DNA from: an uncultured Candidatus Saccharibacteria bacterium
GTDB taxonomy: Bacteria > Patescibacteriota > UBA1384 > JACPKC01
Assembly (NCBI GenBank): GCA_964423885.1
Contig: CAYRGD010000003.1
Coordinates: 73,270 to 137,269 of the forward strand
Direction of reading: 5' to 3'
Length of the DNA: 64,000 nucleotides
Shown here in pieces: positions 46,731 to 56,902 of this stretch (positions are counted from its first letter, which is position 1; each line of letters begins with the position of its first letter). A program made the translations under genes and the position numbers. The notes beneath the pieces were generated by a model. It saw only the letters and a program-made list of their open reading frames with translations, made no database searches and was not told where the DNA came from.

Positions 46731-47998
46731 GCAACGAATTCATCCTGCTTCGGAACGCTACGATCTTCTTCGCCACGATCATGTTGGTGAAGTACTACGC
46801 GTTCCTGTTACTGGCGCCGTTCCATGCGCTCAAGGAAGCTTGGCGGGCCGAGCGGCTGCGTCGCCAGGCTATCGTGCCGGGGCAGTACCGGCCGCGCGTC
46901 AGCGTCATCATCCCGGCCTGGAACGAGGCGGTCGGTATCCTGGGAACCGTCCGGTCGGTGCTCGCGAACGCGTATCCTGATATCGAGGTCGTGATCGTGA
47001 ACGACGGTTCGACCGACGATTCCGACGCCGTGGTGCGCCAATTCCTGCAGGAACAGAAACTCGCCCCGCTCCACCCGAGCGCAAAGCTCCGCTATACGTA
47101 CAAAGAGAACGGCGGCAAGGGTACGGCGCTCAACGAAGGTATCCGGCAGGCGACGGGCGAGATTATCCTGACCGTCGACGCCGACTCCGCGCTCCATCCG
47201 GAAGCTGTCGAGCGGCTCGTCCGCTACTTCGAGGATCCGAGCGTGGACGCTGCGGTCGGCAACGTCAAGGTCGCCAAGAATCCGACGCTCATCGGCCTCT
47301 TGCAGCAGCTCGAGTACCTGTTCGGGTTCTACTTCAAGCGCGCCCACTCGGTGCTCGACGCCGAGTACATTTTCGGTGGTGCCTGCGCGGCCTTCCGCAA
47401 AGACGCGACGTTCGTCCGGCTCGGCCTGTTCGACGAAGCCAACAAGACCGAGGACATCGAGATGTCGCTGCGGGCCCGCTACAACGGCCTCACCAGCGTC
47501 TACATGGAAGACGTGATCTGCTACACCGAAGGTGCCAGCTCTATCCAAGGACTCGTGAACCAACGGCTCCGGTGGAAGAAGGGGCGTTTCGATACCTTGG
47601 CGCGCTACCGCCGCATGTTCTTCTCGCTCGATCCCAAGCATAACCGGTTCCTGGCCTGGTTCATCCTGCCGTACACGCTCCTGTCCGAGCTGCAGCTGCT
47701 GTTCGAACCGCTCGGCATCGCCCTGCTCGTTACCTACAGTATCGTCTCGGCCGACTTCCTGTCGTTGGCGCTCGGCATCCTGTTCGTGTTCGTGACCTAT
47801 CTCGTGAACGCGCTCTTCGCCGGTGGCCCGGCCGACTTGAAGCTCTTCCCGCTGTTCCTGGTCACCTGGCCGCTGTTCTACTTCTTGGTATGGATCGAAT
47901 GGCTCGCGCTCGTGAAAAGTATGGCAATGGTCGTCCGCGGCGACGACATCGTCTGGCAGCGCTGGGACCGCAAAGGCATTACGGAGGCACACGCATGA
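46727..47998 (+). CDS. Processive glycosyltransferase family 2 (PgaC/IcaA/cellulose-synthase-like; QRLRWKKG motif)
   Basis: VSVIIPAWNEA, VNDGSTDDS, TVDADS (DxD) and QRLRW motifs, flanked by N- and C-terminal TM helices. Confidence 0.8.
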   Translation: MSNEFILLRNATIFFATIMLVKYYAFLLLAPFHALKEAWRAERLRRQAIVPGQYRPRVSVIIPAWNEAVGILGTVRSVLANAYPDIEVVIVNDGSTDDSDAVVRQFLQEQKLAPLHPSAKLRYTYKENGGKGTALNEGIRQATGEIILTVDADSALHPEAVERLVRYFEDPSVDAAVGNVKVAKNPTLIGLLQQLEYLFGFYFKRAHSVLDAEYIFGGACAAFRKDATFVRLGLFDEANKTEDIEMSLRARYNGLTSVYMEDVICYTEGASSIQGLVNQRLRWKKGRFDTLARYRRMFFSLDPKHNRFLAWFILPYTLLSELQLLFEPLGIALLVTYSIVSADFLSLALGILFVFVTYLVNALFAGGPADLKLFPLFLVTWPLFYFLVWIEWLALVKSMAMVVRGDDIVWQRWDRKGITEAHA

Positions 47999-49185
47999 AA
48001 ACCCGCGAACTCGTTCTCTACACGATCGGCTTCATCCTCGCCTCGCTCTACTCGGCCAACGTGGTGACCGGCAGCCTGCTGCACGTGTCGCTGTCACCCG
48101 AGTCGATCCGCCAGTTCGTCGCCGACCGCACGGAGGCTAAAACGGTCTCGGGCGGCGGCGCTTGCTCGGCCGACGCGGCACTGGTGCTGTCTGCGTCCAG
48201 CGAACCCCACCTTGCCAAACTCGCCGAATACCAAGAGGCGTGTTCGTCGCTCGTTGCCGGCGAGCTGATGCTCTTTACCGATATGCCGAACAGCGACACC
48301 GATGCCTATGCCAGGGCGACCGCGTTCGCGGCGACGCTGAAGGCGTTCAAGGCTGCCGGCGTCCGGCCGCTCGTCATGGTCGAGCCGGTCACGGACTGGG
48401 GCCTCATCGACTTCGCGGAATTCAATTCGGGCTTCTATGACAGTTGGCTCAAAACCTACTTCCAGACGCTCCGTGCTGCCGGGATCACCGACGCCGACAT
48501 GGGCACCTGGGGCCCGTTCCCGGAGGCGAACCTGCCGTACTGGAACAACGCGAACGCCACGCCGGCCGACTTCGCGAACGTCGTCAACCGCTACCTGCGC
48601 ATCATGAAGCAGGTGTTTCCCGGTGCCAGCGGCACGGTACTGTTGAATTCCGCGACCTACGAAACCACCGACTTCGAGTGGCGGAACGGCGAGTACGTCA
48701 GCCTGCGTGCGTACGTGACCGGCCTCGACAAGACGCTGGTGACGAGTTTCGGCCTGCAGGGATTCCCGTGGATGCCCGACGCGACCCAGACGGGCCCGGG
48801 GATCTTCGACGCCGGCGAGTACTTGAACTGGCACCTGGCGGCCGAAGCGGCCGACCTCTTAGGCACGAAGGACGTGTGGTTCAACACCGGCACCTTCGGC
48901 GCCAAATACACGCTCGACCAGGACAAGACGGTGACGCTCGCGCCGGCGAAGCGTGCCGATATGCTTAACGGGATCCTCGACGAGGCCCTGAAGCTCAAGA
49001 CGGCGGGGTACCGGATCCGCATCAACCTTTTCGCTGAAAACAAGCGCACCGTCGCCGAAGCGACCGACTGGTCGTACTGGCCGACTGGCGGGCAGCTGAC
49101 CTCGCCCCATATGCCCGTGTTCACCGCCTTTGCCCGGCGCGCCGCCCAGGCCCAGATCCCGCTCTCGCTGTTCGACACCAAGTAG
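47995..49185 (+). CDS. Hypothetical signal-anchored extracytoplasmic protein, possibly a glycoside-hydrolase-like accessory of the GT2 synthase
   Basis: ATGA overlap with the GT2 gene. N-terminal TM region. No motif recognised. The functional call is by analogy only. Confidence 0.45.
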   Translation: MKTRELVLYTIGFILASLYSANVVTGSLLHVSLSPESIRQFVADRTEAKTVSGGGACSADAALVLSASSEPHLAKLAEYQEACSSLVAGELMLFTDMPNSDTDAYARATAFAATLKAFKAAGVRPLVMVEPVTDWGLIDFAEFNSGFYDSWLKTYFQTLRAAGITDADMGTWGPFPEANLPYWNNANATPADFANVVNRYLRIMKQVFPGASGTVLLNSATYETTDFEWRNGEYVSLRAYVTGLDKTLVTSFGLQGFPWMPDATQTGPGIFDAGEYLNWHLAAEAADLLGTKDVWFNTGTFGAKYTLDQDKTVTLAPAKRADMLNGILDEALKLKTAGYRIRINLFAENKRTVAEATDWSYWPTGGQLTSPHMPVFTAFARRAAQAQIPLSLFDTK

Positions 49186-49260
49186 CGCCGCCGCCGCCGG
49201 TTTGCTACGCTAGCTAGGCACATCGCGCCTGCTGCGCGGAGCATCGGTAAGGAGAGGGTA

Positions 49261-52200
49261 TTGATGGCTGACGACCACGCCGCAGTACGCGGATCATCGC
49301 TGTCGCGCAAGCTGCGCGCATCGCGGACGTTGCTCCCGCAGCTCCAGGTACTCCACGACCGGTTGCTCGACCGCTCGTCCCTCTACAATAGCTGGCACTT
49401 GCAGCCGTACGCGCTGCCGTTGCACGGTGCGCTGTTGGTCGGTCTTGTCGCCTTCGGCGTGGCGGTCGTCTTCCAGTCCGTCGCGGTGGTACGGGCGGCC
49501 AACGCCTGCGAATCCGTAGCGACCGGCAACTGGACGAACCCGGCCACGTGGACCAGTTGCGGCGGCACGGTTCCCGGCGCCGCCGATACCGTCACGATCC
49601 AATCGGGCCACACCGTGACCGTGGACGACGACGCGGCCGCGTCGAGCGTGGTTATTACCGCGAACAATACGGCCGGCGGCAACGGGATCACGATCGCGGC
49701 GGGCAAGACCTTAGCGGTAACAGGCGCGGTCACGATTACCGCCCCTACGATGAACACCACGAACGGGACGCTCGCAGTGGGCAGCGGATCGCTCATGGCC
49801 GGCAGCATCGCGATCGGGGGCGCTACCACAAACCGCATCGGCCAGCTGACCCTGTCAACGGGTACGGTGACGACAACCGGCAGCGTGACGTTCACCGGCA
49901 CAGCCGCTTCGGCGCGATTCATCTCGACCGGCGCAAGCACGGCCAATATCAGCGGGGATTTCGGATCCGGCGGCACGGTGACGACAAGCGGCACCGGCAC
50001 AATCCGGTTCACGGGCAACGCAGCGCAGTCCATCGGCGCCTATACCACCTATAACAATCTTGAGGTCGCCAGTACCGGCGGCAGCGTCTCGTTCCTGGGT
50101 ACGGCCACGATCGGCGGCACGCTCACGGTCAGTTCGGGGACGCTCGATATTGCCGGCGTCACCACCGTCGTGACCGGCGCGACGCTCATCCAGGGTACGT
50201 TGCAGGTGAGTAATACGGCAGGCAACAAGACGTTCGGCGACATCACTGTCGCCAACGGCGGCACGGTGAGCTTCACCGCGGCCGAGGCGATCGCCATGAA
50301 CGGCAACCTGGCGGTCAACGGCGCCGGGGCGATTACCGGCACGACCGGTCTCTGGACCTTCCAACGCGCCGGGGGCGGTACAATTTCAGGGTCGGCAACC
50401 GCGGTGACGCTTACGAGTGCGACCTTCACGACCGACTACGCGGTCTCGATCCCGTTCAGCGTCCCGACGATCACCGTTACCGGCGTGACGCTCACGAACA
50501 ACAGCACGGTCACGGCTGCCACTGCGCTGTCGGGAACCGGTTCGTTCATCCAGGGAACCAATGCGACGCTCAATCTCGGCGGTACGTCGGCGATCACGGC
50601 GCTCACCGCCACGGCCAGCCCGAACACAGTCCAGTATGTGAGTACGACGGGTGCGCAGACGCTCAAGGGCATTGCCTATCACCACCTTGTCGTGGCCAAG
50701 TCGGCCCAGATCGGCACGCTCGGCGGGGCCGTGACCGTCAACGGCAACCTCGCGGTCAGCTCCGGGAGCCTGAACGACGGCGGGTTCCAGATCACGGGGA
50801 ACGCCACCGGCACGCTGACGGTCGCATCCGGCGCGACGCTGCGGCTGGGGACAACCGCTGCCAGCACCGCCTTCCCCACCGGCTTCGTCGGCGCCAATAT
50901 CTCGCTGCCAGCAGGTTCGACCGTGGTCTACAACTCGAACCCGGCGCAAACGATCGCGGTACCGGTCGCGTACGCGAACCTGTCATTGGTCGCGACAGCC
51001 GCGAGTACGAAGACGCTGGCCGGGCCGCTGACGGTCAACGGCACCCTCAACGTCGGGTCGAACAACACCCTGGCCGATGCCGGCAACCTTGTCACCGCCA
51101 AGGAGAATATCGTGATGACCGGGGCCTATACCGGCACCAATAAAGTATTGCTCACCGGCAGCGCGTCGGGCCATACCCTGACTGGCACAGGCAGTTACGC
51201 CGCCATCGAGCTCGACGACAGCAACGGCGCTTCGCACGCGACCGCGCTCACGGTCACCGGCCCGTTGACGCTCACGGCCGGCACCTGGACGGCCTCGAAT
51301 ACGTTGAGCGTCGGCGGCGCCACGACGATCAACGGCACGCTCGCGATCGCGTCGACGACCGGCACCAAGACGTTCGCGGCGGTCACTGTCGCCTCGGGCG
51401 GCACGCTGCGCTTTACCGCCGCCGAAGCGCTGGACGGCAGTGGCACGCTCACTGTCGCATCGGGCGGCACGGTCGATTTCGTTGCGGCCGGCATCATCAA
51501 TCTTGCCGCCGATTTCGCGATCAACGGCACGGGCGCGCTTACGGGTACGAGCGGCACCTGGACCTTCTCGAAGCCCGGTGGCACCGGCACGATCGGCGGA
51601 TCGGTGTCGTCGTTGACGTTCCCGGGCAACGTATCCTTCACGACGAGCTATACAGTAGCCTACCCGTTGACCGTGAACGGCATGGCTGTCGGCGCCAGCG
51701 CAGCCATTAGCAACCCGTCGACGATGACCGTGAACGGGACGCTGTCCGGCACCGGCACCTTCATCCAAGGGATCGGCACGGTACTCAATGTACGGTCGGT
51801 CAGCATCACGAACCTGGGAGCGAGTGCGACTGGCAACATAGTCCGCTACATCGACGGCGGCGGAACCGTGAAGGGCACGACGTACAACGATCTTGAGATC
51901 GCCGAGACGCCCGGGGCGACCGCCTCGGCCCAGGGCACCCTGGTGGTGCTCGGCAACCTCGTGGCTACCTCGGGCATCCTGAACCCGGCCGGCAGCACAT
52001 TTACCGTCATGGGCTCGACCGACATCTACGAGGCGATCCGCGACGTGAGCGGCGGCGGATCCGGCGGCAACAATACCTTCGAGGGGCCGGTCACCGTCCA
52101 TCCTGGCGCCGACTGGATCGGGATTCCGGGCGAGGTGGTCGATTACCACTTCAAGAACGGGTTGACGATGAACGGCAACAGCTTCGTCGCCGGGTCGGGC

Positions 52201-53970
52201 ACCTACTTCTTCGAAGGCAACGACCAGACGCTTGCGGGTTCGCTCACGGCGGACTTCCGGATCATGCAGGTGGACGGCATCACGCTTGCGGCCAGTACCG
52301 GCTTCGATATCAGCAATACGCTCACGCTGGCATCCGGTGCGCGGATCGTGCCGGATCCGGCGGCAGCCATCAACGGCTCGACGCAGCAAGGCACATTGAC
52401 GGGCAACGGCAGTGTGGACGTGACCCGCACCGCCGCGACCGCGGATTTTGCGAGCCAGTACAATTTCTCGGTCAATGTCCTGACGGGCGTCGAGGTCCGC
52501 TACGTCGGCACGGCGGCCCAGGTGCTGAGCTCCGCGCCATACGTAGACGTCACGATCGATAACCCGTCCGGCGTCACGCTGCCGGCCGACGTTACAGTGG
52601 GCGGTACGCTCGCGCTCACGCATGGCCTGGTCGCGACCGGGGCGAGCCGCCTGATCATGGGCAGCAGCGGTTCGGTCGCCAGGACCGACGGGTACGTCGT
52701 CGGCCGGTTCCAGAAAGCGGTGCCGACCGGTGCGCCGGCACTCACCTTCGAGATCGGCGACGCGACGCAGTACGCGCCGCTCGATATCGCGTTCACGGGC
52801 GTGACCTCGTCCGGCGATCTGCTCGCAAGCGTCACGTCCGCCGACCATCCAGATATCGCCAATTCGGGCCTGGCGTACAACAAGAGCGTCAACCGGTACT
52901 GGACGATGGAGCAGATCGGCCTTGTCTTCGGCAGCTACGATGCCACCTTCCACTTCGTGTCGAGCGACCTTGATCCCGGCACCGACATGGCCTCGCTCGC
53001 CGTCGCAAAGAAGGACGCATCATGGACGTTGCCTGCGCCCGGTATCCGCACCGCGACCAGTACCCAGGCTACCGGCATGACGGACTTCAGTGACTACGTA
53101 CTCGGCAAGGCCGGGTCCGACCAGGCGCCTGTAGCCAGCGCGGTGACGGTGTCGGGCAGTACTGCGCTCGGCAGCACATTGCTCGGCGGCTACACCTATA
53201 CGGATGCCGAGGGCGACCTTGAGGGTACAAGCACGTTCCGCTGGCTGCGCAACGGCACGCCGATCCCCGGCGCGACCGCAGCTACCTACGTGATTACGGC
53301 CGACGACCTGGGTGCGACCCTGACGTTCGAAGTGACGCCGGTTGCACAAAGCGGAACGACGCCCGGCCTGCCGGCAGTGAGCGCAGGATTCTCGGTGCCG
53401 GTGCCGTCTGATGGCAGTAGTGAGGATGGGGATACTGGGAATGATACCGGTGGTACCGTCGAGGATAATGCTGGGACGGACGACAACGACTCCTCGACGC
53501 ATAGTGCCAGTACGTCCAATCGGCCGCAGTCGGGAACCAGCCTCGTGCAACCAGGCAGCCTGCTGCTACCATTGCTGCCGCCCGTGAACTTCATGGCGGA
53601 TACGGCCAAGAGCTTAGCAGGCCAACCGTTCATACTATTGCTCCTGCTATCGCTCTGCTGCCTCGTGCTCTACCGCTGGCCCTGGATCCTGGCCTGGCTC
53701 CACGACGACCTCTATGTCGGTCGGCTCGACCGGTCGCTGGAGGTTGAGGATGTGAAGACCTTGTTCGACGCGGCTGGTACCGTCGACTCGGTCCGCGTGC
53801 ACGACCGGCCGACCCACCGGAACCTGCGGTACGCGTTCGTCCGGATGCGGACCGACGCCCAAGCGCGGAAAGCGATGAAGACCTTGCATGGCAAAGACGT
53901 CCGCGGCCATGCGCTCACCGTCCGGCGTGTCCGTGATCTCTGGAGGCCGCACGATGACGCGAACCGCTGA
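49261..53970 (+). CDS. Giant (1569 aa) repeat-rich surface protein with an N-terminal signal anchor, Thr/Gly/Ser/Ala-rich beta-helix-like repeats, a C-terminal TM helix and a C-terminal RRM-like domain
   Basis: Uninterrupted 4.7 kb ORF with a TAAGGAGAGGG SD. Repetitive GTxTxTG segments. The C-terminal ~120 aa comprise a hydrophobic helix (FILLLLLSLCCLVLY) and then LYVGRL…LRYAFVRM (RNP2/RNP1-like). Confidence 0.7.
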   Translation: MMADDHAAVRGSSLSRKLRASRTLLPQLQVLHDRLLDRSSLYNSWHLQPYALPLHGALLVGLVAFGVAVVFQSVAVVRAANACESVATGNWTNPATWTSCGGTVPGAADTVTIQSGHTVTVDDDAAASSVVITANNTAGGNGITIAAGKTLAVTGAVTITAPTMNTTNGTLAVGSGSLMAGSIAIGGATTNRIGQLTLSTGTVTTTGSVTFTGTAASARFISTGASTANISGDFGSGGTVTTSGTGTIRFTGNAAQSIGAYTTYNNLEVASTGGSVSFLGTATIGGTLTVSSGTLDIAGVTTVVTGATLIQGTLQVSNTAGNKTFGDITVANGGTVSFTAAEAIAMNGNLAVNGAGAITGTTGLWTFQRAGGGTISGSATAVTLTSATFTTDYAVSIPFSVPTITVTGVTLTNNSTVTAATALSGTGSFIQGTNATLNLGGTSAITALTATASPNTVQYVSTTGAQTLKGIAYHHLVVAKSAQIGTLGGAVTVNGNLAVSSGSLNDGGFQITGNATGTLTVASGATLRLGTTAASTAFPTGFVGANISLPAGSTVVYNSNPAQTIAVPVAYANLSLVATAASTKTLAGPLTVNGTLNVGSNNTLADAGNLVTAKENIVMTGAYTGTNKVLLTGSASGHTLTGTGSYAAIELDDSNGASHATALTVTGPLTLTAGTWTASNTLSVGGATTINGTLAIASTTGTKTFAAVTVASGGTLRFTAAEALDGSGTLTVASGGTVDFVAAGIINLAADFAINGTGALTGTSGTWTFSKPGGTGTIGGSVSSLTFPGNVSFTTSYTVAYPLTVNGMAVGASAAISNPSTMTVNGTLSGTGTFIQGIGTVLNVRSVSITNLGASATGNIVRYIDGGGTVKGTTYNDLEIAETPGATASAQGTLVVLGNLVATSGILNPAGSTFTVMGSTDIYEAIRDVSGGGSGGNNTFEGPVTVHPGADWIGIPGEVVDYHFKNGLTMNGNSFVAGSGTYFFEGNDQTLAGSLTADFRIMQVDGITLAASTGFDISNTLTLASGARIVPDPAAAINGSTQQGTLTGNGSVDVTRTAATADFASQYNFSVNVLTGVEVRYVGTAAQVLSSAPYVDVTIDNPSGVTLPADVTVGGTLALTHGLVATGASRLIMGSSGSVARTDGYVVGRFQKAVPTGAPALTFEIGDATQYAPLDIAFTGVTSSGDLLASVTSADHPDIANSGLAYNKSVNRYWTMEQIGLVFGSYDATFHFVSSDLDPGTDMASLAVAKKDASWTLPAPGIRTATSTQATGMTDFSDYVLGKAGSDQAPVASAVTVSGSTALGSTLLGGYTYTDAEGDLEGTSTFRWLRNGTPIPGATAATYVITADDLGATLTFEVTPVAQSGTTPGLPAVSAGFSVPVPSDGSSEDGDTGNDTGGTVEDNAGTDDNDSSTHSASTSNRPQSGTSLVQPGSLLLPLLPPVNFMADTAKSLAGQPFILLLLLSLCCLVLYRWPWILAWLHDDLYVGRLDRSLEVEDVKTLFDAAGTVDSVRVHDRPTHRNLRYAFVRMRTDAQARKAMKTLHGKDVRGHALTVRRVRDLWRPHDDANR

Positions 53971-56560
53971 CCGCGTGTACCGCCGCCTGCTTGCTCTGAC
54001 CCTGCTCGTATCCCTCCAGGTCTTGGGTATCCAGGTGACAGCCCCGTTCGTGGCGACGGAACACGACGACGCCGTGAAAACCTCTGCCCAATCCGCTTTC
54101 GCCACCCTCCCACTCGCCTTCGAGCCGAACCTCGGCCAGGCCGAGGATTCGGTGGACTTCCTCGTCCACCACGGCCAAGCCGTGACGGCGTTTTCCAGTA
54201 CGGGCACCACGACCAGCGTGGGCGGGAGGCAGGTGACGATGTCGCTTACCGGTGCTGCAGAACAGGCGTTCAGCGGCACTGAAGAGCTTCCCTCGAAGAC
54301 GAACTACTTCCTTGGCAACGACCAATCCAACTGGCAGTCGGATATCCCGAACTACGGCAGGCTGCTGGCCAAGGATGTCTATCCAGGCATCGACTTAGCC
54401 TACTACGGCACCAACTCGCAGCTGGAACATGATTTCATCGTCAGTCCCGGTGCGGACTACAAGCGGATCGCGTTCGGTTTCACCGGCCAGGACGATCTGT
54501 TGCTGGATGATGGCGGCAATCTCGTCTTAAAGGCTGGCGACGATACCTTGACCCTCAATGCCCCGGTCACGTACCAAGTCGGCGACCATGACAAACACAC
54601 GATCCCGAGCAGCTTCGAACTCAAGGACGGCACCGTCACGGTCGCTGTGGCGGATACCTATGATCCGGCGAAACCGCTCGTGATCGACCCGGTGTTGTCG
54701 CTCGTGTATTCGACGTATTTGGGAGGGAGTGACTACGATGAAGGCTATAGTATCGCAAGCGACCCGAACGGGAATATTATTCTCTCTGGCCGCACGCTCT
54801 CGATGAATTTCCCTACGTCTACGCCATACCAAGCAGGTAACGCTGGTGGCGCGTACGACGCGTTCGTGCTCAAGCTCGATCCTGATGGCTTAGGATTGGT
54901 GTATTCGACCTATCTCGGAGGCACCGGCGGTGATGAGGGTTACAACGTTGCGGTCGACTTTAATGGTAATGCCTATCTCATCGGCTACACGACCTCGACG
55001 GATTTTCCGACGGCGTCGCCATTCCAAGCTGTCCACGGCGGCGGTGTGTACGACGCGTTTCTTACCAAGATCAACGCATCGGGTTCAGCGCTTACGTACT
55101 CAACCTATCTCGGTGGGAGCGGCTCAGACTTCGGGTATGACATCGCGCTGGATGCAGGCGGCAGCGCGTACGTGGTCGGCAGAACTGCCTCGACCAACTT
55201 TCCGACCAGCTCGCCTATCCAGGGATCGAACGGCGGCGGCTACGATGTCTTTCTGACGAAATTCACTGCTACAGGTTCGGCGTTAGCGTATTCGACCTAC
55301 ATCGGTGGGAGTAACAACGATCAGGCAAGCAGTATTGTTCTTGACGCAACAAATAACGCCTACGTCGCCGGACAAACGCGCTCGGTAAATTTTCCAACCG
55401 TAGCTCCATACCAGGCTGCGATCGCAGGCGGTGCCGATGCGTTCGTAACAAAGGTCAATGCATCGGGTTCGGCGCTGGCATACTCCAGCTATCTTGGAGG
55501 TGGTACTGGCGATGATTTGGGCTTCGGCGTTGCCGTTGACGGCGACGGAAATATGTACGTCATGGGGAACACGGCATCCACGGACTTCCCGACGGTGTCG
55601 CCGCTCCAGGCCGCGAATGGCGGCGGCTACGATGTCTTTCTGACGAAATTCACTGCGGCAGGCTCGGCGCTGACATATTCGACCTACATTGGCGGAAGCA
55701 GTACGGATTTCGGCTACGGCTTCGTGATCGATGAAAACCAGAACGCGTTCGTTGCCGGCTTTACGAACTCAACGAACTTCCCCACTGCTTCGGCGTACCA
55801 GGCCACGTACGGCGGCGGTCCTGACGATGCCTTTATCATGCACTTGGATGCGACCGGTTCGGCGCTGGCATACTCCACGTTCCTGGGTGGAAGTGGCGAT
55901 GATATCGCAAACAATCTCATCATCGACCTCAGCGGGAATGTGTATGTCACGGGCTACACTGGATCGACTAACTTTCCAACCGCCAATGCGTTCCAAGGAG
56001 CAAGAGCCGGTGGCAACGACGCCTACATCACCCAGCTCACCGAACACACCGTCGACCTTGAAGCCCGCGTGAATCCAAGCCTGAACTTCGCTGTCGGCAG
56101 TGCTAGCTGTGCCCTCGGCACGCTTTCGATTACCCAGACCCAACAGTGCACGTACACGCTGTCGGCAGCCACCAACGGGGAGTCGGGGTATGCGGTTTCA
56201 TACCTTCCAGCTGCGACGCTCACGAGCGGCGGGAACACGATTACTGCTCTTAGTTCGCCTACAGCCAGTACGCTCAATACCGAACAGTTCGGGTTGAACT
56301 TGGCTGCCAATACGGCAGTTGGCTCGCATACGGCAGCGGATTTCGGTGCGGTTCCGAGCGGCGGATCCGGTACTGTGGCAGCCAACTACGCTACGGCGAA
56401 CTCGTTCAAGTTCGCGACGGCTGGCGACCAAGTCGCGTCGTCCGTCGGGCCGTCGCTCGCGACCACGTATACCGTGTCGACCATTGCCAACATCGGCAAC
56501 ACGACGGAGGCCGGAACCTATAGCACGACGATCACATACAATATCGTCGCGGGGTACTAG
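53954..56560 (+). CDS. Secreted SBBP/beta-propeller-repeat protein with a DUF7948-like N-terminal domain (paralog 1)
   Basis: Signal peptide LLALTLLVSLQVLG. N-terminal PLAFEPNLGQAEDSVDFLV domain. About 12 repeats of …YSTYLGGSG.D.G..IA.D..GN.Y..G.T.S.NFPT…DAF..K.N. Its start overlaps the giant gene by 17 nt. Confidence 0.75.
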   Translation: MTRTADRVYRRLLALTLLVSLQVLGIQVTAPFVATEHDDAVKTSAQSAFATLPLAFEPNLGQAEDSVDFLVHHGQAVTAFSSTGTTTSVGGRQVTMSLTGAAEQAFSGTEELPSKTNYFLGNDQSNWQSDIPNYGRLLAKDVYPGIDLAYYGTNSQLEHDFIVSPGADYKRIAFGFTGQDDLLLDDGGNLVLKAGDDTLTLNAPVTYQVGDHDKHTIPSSFELKDGTVTVAVADTYDPAKPLVIDPVLSLVYSTYLGGSDYDEGYSIASDPNGNIILSGRTLSMNFPTSTPYQAGNAGGAYDAFVLKLDPDGLGLVYSTYLGGTGGDEGYNVAVDFNGNAYLIGYTTSTDFPTASPFQAVHGGGVYDAFLTKINASGSALTYSTYLGGSGSDFGYDIALDAGGSAYVVGRTASTNFPTSSPIQGSNGGGYDVFLTKFTATGSALAYSTYIGGSNNDQASSIVLDATNNAYVAGQTRSVNFPTVAPYQAAIAGGADAFVTKVNASGSALAYSSYLGGGTGDDLGFGVAVDGDGNMYVMGNTASTDFPTVSPLQAANGGGYDVFLTKFTAAGSALTYSTYIGGSSTDFGYGFVIDENQNAFVAGFTNSTNFPTASAYQATYGGGPDDAFIMHLDATGSALAYSTFLGGSGDDIANNLIIDLSGNVYVTGYTGSTNFPTANAFQGARAGGNDAYITQLTEHTVDLEARVNPSLNFAVGSASCALGTLSITQTQQCTYTLSAATNGESGYAVSYLPAATLTSGGNTITALSSPTASTLNTEQFGLNLAANTAVGSHTAADFGAVPSGGSGTVAANYATANSFKFATAGDQVASSVGPSLATTYTVSTIANIGNTTEAGTYSTTITYNIVAGY

Positions 56561-56583
56561 AACGGATCCCGCACTACAACGAA

Positions 56584-56610
56584 GAAGACGCCTGTGCGGC
56601 GTCTTCTGTT
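56584..56610. terminator. Bidirectional terminator (stem GAAGACGCC/GGCGTCTTC) between convergent genes
   Basis: Read directly from the sequence. Confidence 0.6.
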
Positions 56611-56629
56611 CGGTTCGCGAAGAAACGGT

Positions 56630-56902
56630 TTAGGCTTCTTTCGGGCGCGCTTCGTTCACGCGGATCGTGCGGCCGTCCAGGTCCTTCTCGTTCCAGAGCT
56701 GGATCGCAGCCTGGGCCTCTTCGGGCGAGCCCATCTCAACGAAGCCGAAACCCTTCGACTGGCCGGTCGCCCGGTCCATGATCACGCTCGCCGACGCCAC
56801 GGTACCGGCCTGTTCGAAGGCGGTGCGGAGGCTGGCATCGGTGGTGTTGTACGACAGGTTGCCGACGTAAAGCTTGGCTTTGTTCTCTTGGGTGTTGTCC
56901 AT
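56630..56902 (-). CDS. RNA-recognition-motif (RRM) RNA-binding protein
   Basis: KLYVGNL (RNP2) and KGFGFVEM (RNP1). 90 aa, starting at the internal Met with an AAGGA SD. Confidence 0.85.
   Translation of the reverse strand: MDNTQENKAKLYVGNLSYNTTDASLRTAFEQAGTVASASVIMDRATGQSKGFGFVEMGSPEEAQAAIQLWNEKDLDGRTIRVNEARPKEA

Noticed and set aside
50983-52953. 656-aa minus-strand ORF inside the giant surface protein gene
   Set aside because: Its Arg/Ala/Gly-rich translation is antisense to a repeat-rich high-GC gene. It has no start context or motifs, so it is considered spurious.
49261-53970. Possible CRISPR array or nucleotide tandem repeats within the giant gene
   Set aside because: The repetition is at the protein level (Thr/Gly/Ser/Ala-rich beta-strand repeats) in one continuous ORF. 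There are no regular direct-repeat/spacer units of 25-40 bp.
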